A DNA stretch of 64,000 nucleotides from Schmidtea nova. Lineage: Eukaryota. Shown piece by piece: positions 39,580 to 49,700 of the stretch (position 1 is the first letter of the stretch; every line of letters starts with the position of its first letter). Under the pieces are notes generated by a model. The model was not told where the DNA came from, did no database searches, and saw only the letters and a list, made by a program, of their open reading frames with translations. The DNA lies in NCBI GenBank assembly GCA_044892505.1, contig CM097882.1, positions 216,566,001 through 216,630,000 of the forward strand, read 5' to 3'. The translations under genes and the position numbers were made by a program.

Positions 39580-40104
39580 TCAGGTCCTTTCACTGGTTAA
39601 CTGCATTTCGTATCGGGCTTGGATTTGTCGTAGATGACTTCTCATCCTTTGTTGGGTTTTCGCTTCTCTTTTGGCGCATCTACACATTATCATTTGCTGT
39701 TGTTTGAGGCTTCTGATTCGGTACAGGGTATACGTGATCACTATGATCAAGATGATTGTCAATATGGTCATTGTGACTATTCCCACGATGATCCATCTGT
39801 TTCGGATTTCGGATTCGATTTGGGTTTGGCCTTTGATTGGCTTTAGGTGATCTTGGAATGTTCTATGGATTTCTCGGATCTTCTCGATTTGATTGAATAG
39901 GGTTTGTAAGGGTTTGCGATGATCATGACTGATTCGCATTTGTCGGATTAATTGTTTCAAGTCTTCTCTGACTTCGTTTAGTTGTTTTTCGATCTCCTGG
40001 GATATCTCATTTGACAGGGTTCTTTGGCTTTCGGTTGTCGTACAGTTCGTGATTGCTGCTGTTAACATAATAGTTAGGATTGGTAGGGTTTTGAGCCAGT
40101 TCAT
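39580..40104 (-). CDS. Accessory type I membrane protein (signal peptide, helical ectodomain, TM, basic tail)
   Basis: MNWLKTLPILTIMLTAAITNC; heptad-rich ectodomain; WIIVGIVTMTILTIILIIVITYTLY; RIR stop-transfer. Confidence 0.7.
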   Translation of the reverse strand: MNWLKTLPILTIMLTAAITNCTTTESQRTLSNEISQEIEKQLNEVREDLKQLIRQMRISHDHRKPLQTLFNQIEKIREIHRTFQDHLKPIKGQTQIESEIRNRWIIVGIVTMTILTIILIIVITYTLYRIRSLKQQQMIMCRCAKREAKTQQRMRSHLRQIQARYEMQLTSERT

Positions 40105-40177
40105 TTCTGATTATTCCACTGATTAATACAGGTTACATCGATTTGTACATTTTTACACACGGATTTTTCGCCTCTTT

Positions 40178-40790
40178 TTACACATCCGTCTCCTCTGGTT
40201 CATGGAACCCTTCATCTTGAAGTTCCATTGGTGGTGGTGGTATAAACGGTAACCACACCACTCTACTTCTCCACATTGCAACTTCGTTTTGATACGTTCG
40301 AGAGATTTGTATCTCTTCATCTAACAGATACTCCATGTAATCTGATTGTTCGTTCCGAGTTCCGATTTGTCTTTCCATTTCTTCCACTTTTCTCTTCAGG
40401 GCTTCTGTTTCTGTGGGTTCGGTTTCTATTTCTGGGGTTTCTTTTTCTGCTTTCAGGGTTATTATCTGCTGTTTCAGTTCTTCGTTTTCTTTCGTCAAAT
40501 TCGTTATATTTTCCTCATACGCTTGGTTTGATTCCGCATGTCTTTCCTTCACCGCTTTCAGTTCCATTTTCTTTTGAGTTACTACTCCTTGGTAGCCATT
40601 TACATCTCTTTCCAGACTTTCTTTTTCCCTGATCAACTTTTGTCTTTCCGCTTCCTCTTTCTGTCTAATGCCTCGCATTTCTCCATTTATCGTCTGTATT
40701 TGCCATTGCGTTTTCTTTAGTTCCTTTGCTTGTTCTCGAATAAATCGCTGTCGTTTTCGACTCCATTCTTTGTTTGTCTGTTCTTGTCGC
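40178..40790 (-). CDS. Accessory coiled-coil protein (frame open upstream of the annotated ATG at 40678 to ~40790)
   Basis: Long E/K/Q heptad stretch ending in WRSRVVWLPFIPPPP; similar to 17826-18161. Confidence 0.6.
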
Positions 40791-43700
40791 TACACATATC
40801 AGTTCTGGTTGGAATGTTAATTTTCCCGCTGGATTTTTGGTTATTCTTTCTTTCTCTGTTCGGTTTCTGATTCCTTCTTCTGCTTCCGATTGATTCTTCC
40901 CTTTCTCCGATTCCACTTCTGTTCTTCTCGTTGTCTCTTCACTTCTTTTCCCAATCCATTTCTGTATCTTCAGCGCTTCCGTTGCTTTGTATAATTGGCA
41001 TGCAGTTACTTGAGGTGCTTTTGGTTCCCCTCTCTGCTTTATTGCGCATATTATGTATGACTTTTCTTTCTCCAATCCTTTGATTTGGATGACGTCTCGC
41101 TTCAAATCTGACAATATACACTTCAGCGTATCGTTTTTCTTCAGGTTTTCTTTCCAGCATATTCTTTCGTATACTTCGTTTCCTCTGATTATCTCTAGCG
41201 TGACGTATTGTTTCTTGGCTTCTCCTTGTCCGATGATTGTTATCAATATCGCGATACACAACATTTCCGGTCTTAAAAGTAGACTTCCTGTTCGTTTTCC
41301 ATAGTTCGTACTTTCGTCTTTTGTTCCTCTGTTTTCTCGTTCTTCGGCTTCTCCTTTCTTGTCGTTTCTCGTTGGCTTCGGTTCTTCTTGTCTTTCTTTT
41401 TCATTATCCTCCGTTCTTTTGTTGTCATTGTCTTCGTTGTTCTCTTCGTTGTTGCTTTTGTCGTCGAAGTCTCTGTAACCACCCCCTGGTCCTTTGAAAA
41501 TGTCGTCCTCGACATTAATTTCTTCAATCAATCTCTCATACGCTTGAACCGCGAGTGTGCTAGACTCGAATTCACGTATTTCCATATCCTTGGATGGTTC
41601 TATGTCTTTTAATCTACTTTGCTTGATCGCTTCTTTGGCATTTGCCCATTCATTCACATATTTTCTGAACAAGTCTTTCCACCCTCCTATTCGTTCCTGT
41701 TCCTTTGGATTGTTCGTAAGTTTCAAGTCCCTTCTCTTCAAGAACTCCTCAACTATCTCTGGCTTTTTGTGTCTTAGCAACGCGCTTCTGATACACCAAT
41801 TCTGATTCTGTTCCATATGGTCATTGATCTTGAATGCCGGTTCCTTGGTGATCGGATTCACCCATGTTAGTAATGCTCTTGTTTTCTCTATGTCGTGTAT
41901 CATTACTGTCAGACTGAAATTCTTTACGTTATTTGCCAGGTATCCGATATCTTCTTGTTTCTTGATGGACTTCATGAACTTGATCATCTCAAAGTTGTTC
42001 CACTGTATTGCGATGTCTATGATGGAATTATTCTTTCCATTTTTCCCTTCGATTTTTGCTCCTGCTTCGTATAATTCACTTAGCACTTTAAAGTTCGTCT
42101 TCTTTCTTGCTGCGATTATCATGATTGTATCTCCGTTATCATCAACCGTATTCATATCTGCTTCGCACTTGACCATCGCTTTCGTTATTTCTATCACTTC
42201 GTTTTCTTTCTTTCGACGTAATGCCCAGTGTATCGGCAATCTCCCATCCTTCGATAATAGGAATGTTATAGGCATTTGATTTTTGATCGTTTCCATGTCA
42301 CTCTCGTTAGAGTCTCCTTGTGCATATCTGTGCACTTTCTCTGTAATTGCTCCTAGTATTTCTAATGAGTTTTTATTCTCTTTGAACTCTGATAATCTTT
42401 CTTGTGCTTTTGCTACGATTACGTCTAGTCTTTCATGATAATCCGCTTTTGCATTGAACAACACTGCCTTGCTTCTTATTCGTGTTTGCATCTGTTTCAT
42501 CCGTTGGTCTTGATACACTGCTTGTCTGAAGAATTGTCCATACTTCAATGCTTCCACCAGCTCTTTATATCTCTTGCTTATTTCTTTGTGCTGCTTTTGG
42601 ATGTCGTAGAAATGTTCGAAGCTCATATCCGGATTCCATTGCTTATCACACCATTTCTTGATTAATCCGAATAATTCTTTCTTTCTGTCATCCAACTTGT
42701 ATTCTCTTGGGTTCTCGCTAACCCGTAACGTATCTCTCGCTATTAACACTGCAAGTGTTTTTGGATCGTATGTTACCTCTAGTAGATGTTTCAATAACGC
42801 ATTTTCTCCCTTTATTAACACTTCATTACAATCTATGACCCACGAATCTCCTTCTGGTCGTTTCCACTTTAGCAGTATCCTCCAGGTTTTACTGTTCTTT
42901 ACTCCGATTGCTTGTTTCATGATCGGTCCTCTGGTTAGTTCGTCGATTTCCCACGTGGCATTTTCCGTAATATACGTCAGTATTCGGTGATTCGCTCTGT
43001 CAATTGCATGATTCAAGAACGTTCGTCCTTCTTTATCTTTTGCCATCCAATTCGATCTGGTGTTTCCGAATAGCTTGATTATTTCATCGTTTCTTCCATG
43101 AATGGTCATCATCATGAGTGGAGTGATTCCTTCCCAATTCACTTTGTCAATTTCTCCTCCACCTTCGAGTATCATCTCCACAATCTCTTTCACTTTCTCG
43201 TTTCCCCCGTGCTTAATTGCATTGTGCAACGCGGTGTTACCGTCTTTGTCTTGTAGATTCAATGTTTGAGGGATTTCCTCTAGCAGCGTTCTTGTTATTG
43301 GATGTGCTGTTCTATCCTTCGCATACTCCATTACATTCTTTCGAACTTCTGACAGTATACTGAAATCGAACCACCATTTCCATTCTGGTATAATTTCTCT
43401 GGTTTTCTTTGCCAGTTCTTTGATATCTATTGCTTCTCTTCGGTTGTCTTCTAGACTTGTTTGCGGCTTTTGTTGTACTCGTAACATATTAATTCTCGCC
43501 GTCTGTGATCTTGTCATCACCCGTTTCTCTGGTGATAGAGTTGCTGTCTTTGGTATTTTCCTGCATCGACATGCATTCACGTATATTGGTCTTACCAATG
43601 GATTGTTCACCAATCGTACTCTCACATTATTTTCATTTACTGTTGTTATTTCATATGGCCCTTTGCCTGGTCGTTGGAGTTTCTTGACCGTACCGGGTAT

Positions 43701-46700
43701 TATCTCTGGTGTTTCGATTATCACCCAATCTCCAACTTTTAAATCATGTGCTTTCACATTCTTTTTCTGATCATGCAGATCCTTGTAACTCTCTTGATAG
43801 AACTTGATGTTCAGTTCCGCCGTTTTCCAGATTTCTTGCATTCTTTCTTTGAACTTTGTAACGTAATCGTCAACCTTCATGTACTGTGATAATGGTGGTT
43901 GGTATTCTAAATCGATCGGTAAGTTGCAATCTCTTCCGTACATCAGTTGGAATGGACTTAGCTTTGTTGCCGCATGTATTGACATTCTGTATGCCATTAA
44001 ACACAAGTTGATATATTCGTCCCAGTCGGTTTGATGTTTGCTGACGTAATTCGACAACATACGTATCAATGTTCCATTGAATCTTTCTGTTTGTCCGTTC
44101 GTTTGTAGATGGTATGGGGATGTTCGTAATTTCGCAATTCTGAAGTAATTCGTAACTTCGTCCAATATTTCACTCATGAAATTCGTTCCTTGATCCGTTA
44201 GGATTTTCTTTGGTGTTCCGTATCTGCAGCATATCTCTTCCACCAATATTCTTGCGACTGTTTTCGCCTTTTGATCCGGTATTGCGAACGCTTCTGGGAA
44301 CTTTGTTAGATAGTCCGTGACTACTAATATATACTGATTCCCCTTTAAGCTTTCCGGCAATGGTCCAACTACGTCCATTGCTATCGTTGCCATCGGTTCT
44401 GCAGGTATTGGCATAGGTTTCAGTGGTGTTTTCCACTTTGTTCCGACGTTCTTTCTTGTCGCACAGGTTAAGCAGTTCTTTATCCATTCCTTCACATCAT
44501 CTTCCATGGTTGGCCAAAAATACTTTTGTCTCAATCTCCCGATTGTCTTTTTTGCTGACATATGTCCGCCTAATTTTCCGTCGTGATATTGAGTCATGAT
44601 TTCCTTTCGTCTATTCGCAGGTAAGCACATCAATCTCCGTTCTCCATCTTGTATCAATAACCATCCTTTTTCCATCACGTATCGGTGCTGATATTTTTGC
44701 ATATGTTCGCGCAACGTTTGGTTCTTGCCGAATATTTCTATTTCCCTTTCTTTCAAATACTTGCTGATCAATCCCAACTCCTCGTCTTCGAGTTGGTCTT
44801 TCCTTAATTCGCTGAAATCCAAATCCTCCGCTATTAATGCACATATTTTTAGAGCATTCAGGTTCACCAATTCTGGAAATGTAAACCTTGACATGCAATC
44901 TGCGTTTGCATTCGCTTTTCCTGCTTTAAACTTTATGAATGGCGAGTATTCTTGCAACTGCATCGCCCAACGCATCAATCTACTTGATGATTCTTTATGT
45001 TGACCTAACCATACCAATGGTTGATGATCCGTCGTGATATATATTTCATGACCCCACAATAGGTATTTGAAATGCTTGATTGCCAATATTATCGCATAGG
45101 CTTCTCTTTCCGTGACTGAGTAATTCCTTTCATGTTTCCTGAATGTTCGACTGTAGTACCCAATTACTCTTTCCTTGCCTTCTTCGTCAAATTGGCCTAG
45201 TACTGCTCCTGCTGCATATCCACTTGCGTATGTTGCCAACAGAAATGGCTTCTTAAAGTCTGGATGGACCAATATTGGTGCTGTAATCAGTTTGTCTCGT
45301 AATGTTTCAAATGCTGCTTGTTGTTCTTTTCCCCATATAAACGACACATCTTGTCTTACCAATTCTTGCATTGGCTTTGATATTCCTGCATAGTCCTTGA
45401 TAAACTTTCGATAATATCCACACAATCCCAAAAATTCTTGTATTTGAGTCACTGTTTTCGGTGGTGGACATTCTTTGACTTTTTCGATATTCCTTGGATC
45501 GGGTTCTTTTCCTTTTGCTGATACGATGTGACCTAAGAATGTCACTTTCTCTTTTGCCCAATCGCACTTTGACGGCTTCAGTTTCAGTTTCCACTGTCTC
45601 AATTTCACGAACACATTTCTGATGTCTTGTAAGTGATCTTCAAATGTTGCGGAGTAGATCAATAGATCGTCGATATACACCATGCATTGTTTTATGCCAT
45701 GTGTCACGAAATTCATGCATCTCTGGAATGATGCTGGCGCGTTTGTTAACCCAAACGGCATTTTCTTGAATTGGTACAGATCTCGTCCGATTGTAAATGC
45801 TGTCTTTTCTTTATCTTCGTCTTTCATTTTGATCTGCCAATATCCGCTTTTTAAATCCAGTGACGTGAAATAAGCTGCTCCTTGTAACGTCAATAACATT
45901 TCATTTATGTCTGGCAGTGGGTACGTATCTCTTTTCGTAACTGCGTTCAATCGTCTGTAATCGATACAGAATCTCTGAGTTCCATCCTTCTTTTTCACCA
46001 TCACCACTGGGAATTGCCAGGGTGAGCAACTAGGTTCGATGACCTCTGCATCTAACATCTTTTGTACCTCTTCTTCTGCCACTGCTTTTTGAGCTTCTGC
46101 CAGTTTATATGGTCTTAATGCGATTGGCGTTTCGTCCGTCAACGGTATCGTATGTAATGTTACGTCACATGTTCCTAAATCCAGATCTGATGCTGCGAAT
46201 ATATCTTTATATTCCATCAACAGTTTCTGTAACTGTTCTTTTTGTCGTTCGTCTAACAACACACTGTCAATTTTCCATGGTAATTCGTCTTTGCTTTTCT
46301 CGTTCTTGTCTGGTATTTCGATTTCGGACATGGGTGTCAATTTACCCAATCTTTCATTCTCGTATATTATCTTGTCCTCTTCGTCGAAGTTTACCAGATT
46401 AATCGGTATTTCTCCTTCTTGGTTTATCGTAACCAATTCTCTTGCCATTGGTAATTCTTTCTTTGCTTCGAACTTCTTACTGGGTTCGAATATCATATCT
46501 CCCTTTATTGTCGAATCGATCTTGACGTAGCACATCATTTCGTGTCTCGCTGGTACTACTATTTGTTCCGCACTTGCCACTTTAACTTTCATTCTGCAGA
46601 TTTTTCCTGTTCTATCTTTTAGTTTCATTGCTCCTAGATCAATTACGATTTCCTTGAACAGGTCTGGCATCAGGTCAGTTCCAATAATACATGGTACACT

Positions 46701-49700
46701 CAGCGATGGTATTACAGCGATGTACGTGTTGATTTCTGCACCTCGATGTTTAATTTTTACAAACCATCTTCCGGCTACTTCTACTGTCTCTTGACTGCAC
46801 GCGATTACATGTACATTCGTCTTCTCTATTTCTCCTTGGTTTTTCTCTGGTATATAGTTGATGTCGATCGCCGAAATATTCGCGCCTGTATCGATCATTG
46901 CTTCGATTTCTTTTCCGTTTATTTCTATGGTTGTTGTTAAAATCGGTCCCATATTTGTGGACATAACTGCTATCGTGTGCGTGTCTTCCAACGGGTCTAC
47001 ACTTTTGCATCGTTTTACTTTGCATCCTTCTGGAATTATCGGGTATATACTTGTCATCGGCATCATCTGCATTATATTCGGCTTCGCTTTGTATATCGGT
47101 TCGTTATACATTGACTGGGGTGGAGCACTGTATCTCCAATTCTCAACTGCACTCTTTTCGTTATACTGTGGAATCTGGTTTATATTCTCTTGTCCTCCTC
47201 GATCGTCATCGTCGTCATCATCATTGCTTGAGTCATCTTGCGTTCGATATCCTCTCACTCTTTCCCATAATCCTTTCCTTTCTTTCTTTAATTGTCTTCT
47301 TGCTTGTTCGTCTTGCATTATCTTTTTGAATTTCCTTCCAACATCTTCATTTGTTCCTTTCATTTTTGCGAGTATCTTCAACAATCTTTTTATTCGATGT
47401 ATGTCTTTTGAATGTCCGTGCAACACCATCGTTTTCGCAAGGAATGGTAAAAACCCTACTACCATCTTCCAATTCACTTTCTTTTCTCTTTTGTAGATAT
47501 CGAAACACGCTAACATTTGCGTTATTATCACTCTGACGATTTGTATTATCAATATAACACCCAGTATTCCAGCCATCATTTGTCCAAATATCAGGAATCT
47601 TCCCCACATTGCCTTCATCATATTTTCTGTGGCTTTCTTGAAATGTGCCGGTGACAACAGCAGTTCGTAATTTGGTCCTTCTCGATAATTCGTTCCTCCC
47701 GTTATCGTTACGATATTTGACAGTAATGCTTCTCTTCTTGCCGGGAATAGTATATTCTGCCTTGCTGCTTCTAAATCTTTTGGACTATAGATTCCGTTGT
47801 TTGAGACATCTACGTCGCTAAACTGTCTGTCCTTTGACAACTGCATTAGTTCAAATTCTCTTGGTGCTAATACTTCGGTTCTTCCTGGGAACATAACCCA
47901 TTTGCCATCTGGCTTCTGATAAAGCGGTCCGTACGCGTTACTACAGTTGAACGGATTTGGTTCAAACCCTGGTGGATTGATGATTCTCGTCACCGGTTGG
48001 ACGTATCGTACTTTTCCTTTATAATCGATTTCTAGTTCGTTTGTGCACTGTCCAGGTTTCAACTGCGTTGTTGCTGCTAGCGATGCGTGTGTCTTTTCGC
48101 AAATGTATACGTACATTGCCTCTCCAACCACTCTCCCGAAATGTCCTTCTCTCAGTGGTAATAACGGCATCGCGCTATCTGGGTTCGTAATCGCTACGGC
48201 CAACTTTGTCTTTAATATTTCCCGATTCAGTATACAATCGTTATTTATCAGATCGTAGTACACTTTTTGCAATGAGGCTTGTCCTCTATGGAATAAGAAA
48301 TCCATTTTATTATTCACGTACAAGTGTAGCTTGATATCCATTGTGTCGATCTTGGGTTTCGCATTCGGCACTTCTTGTTTCGACACGTATATTCCTGGAT
48401 AGTTTGTTTCGTATACCGTTGTACTGCACTTAAGGGTTGCTTTCCCTTTTATGAATCTCATTCCCACATCCTGATTTGTGGTTATCAACACTGTTGGTGT
48501 GGTTCTCATTTCTATCCGTTTCTCTCTATGATCCGGTTTCAATTGTCTTTTATTCTCTAAAGCTTCTTTGAGATGTTTTGCTCTAGCTTTGTCGTCATCG
48601 TCCTCTTCTTGGAACGTTTTTCCTTGGATTTCGTCGAACTTTGCTCCTTGTAGCAGTTGTAATTGACATTCGTTCACTTTCGGTTTGTATACCAATGTTG
48701 ACATTCCCGTTTGACACATACTCCTGTCGATTTTACACATGGATAACGTTTTCATTTCTCCGGTTGTCGGTTCGAAGAATGCTTCGTAGCTTTTCAGTTC
48801 GACTATGTACGTATCCATCACCACTAAGTTGGTTGCAGGTGCTCCGAATATTGGGTAGGTTTCTCCTTGACAATATCCTTCTCCTCCCGTAATCCGTCCT
48901 GCTACATAATACGTCTGCTGTAACATCATTCCTGGCTTTCCTTTTATCTTGATTTTATCTCTCGTTGTTACTTCTCCATGTTTAAATAATGCTTCGCAGT
49001 CTTCCCCTTGCAATACGATTGGTTCTCTTTCTGTTCCTGGCATGACAATTGCTGAATAATGTCCTCTCCCACAATAGAATGCGAATCTCGTCTTTTGTAC
49101 CTTGCATTCATTCACCATTGTCTTTATTAGTTCTGCCTCTTGATACACGTGATACCATTGTTCTTTTTTAATCTCTTTCAATTCTACTGGAGTTGCGTCT
49201 TTGCATTGCTCCGTACCTCTCAATGAGTACTTTTCTCCCAATTTCATTTGATCACAATCAAATACTTCGAACGTTGTTACACCTTCTGTGCTTAACAACC
49301 ATACTAGCATCATCATGATTATCGAGTTTAGATTCAACGTCGATCTTCCGTTTCCTTGCATCGTTTGTCTATTCTCCATTTCTCTCAATACTCCTTCGAG
49401 TTTCTTTCTCATCACGTTAGATCCTTCTTTTGTCTGGTTCTCTTTTATGAACTTTTCCCATCCTCCTTTTCTGAGGATATATGGTTCAATTTCCTTCTCG
49501 ATAACCATCGCCGTATTCTTAATATGTCTTCCCATCGGACTTGACTTCGGACTTCCTCGGCTTAGCGTTAGCAAATTGTATATCGTATACGAGATTGCTA
49601 CTAGATATTTGCTGTCCGTTTCTGCTCCGTTCAGTAGCCTTTTTATCAACATCGTGGTTCCTTGCCAATCTAGATGATTCGATTTTGTTTTTGCCTTTAT

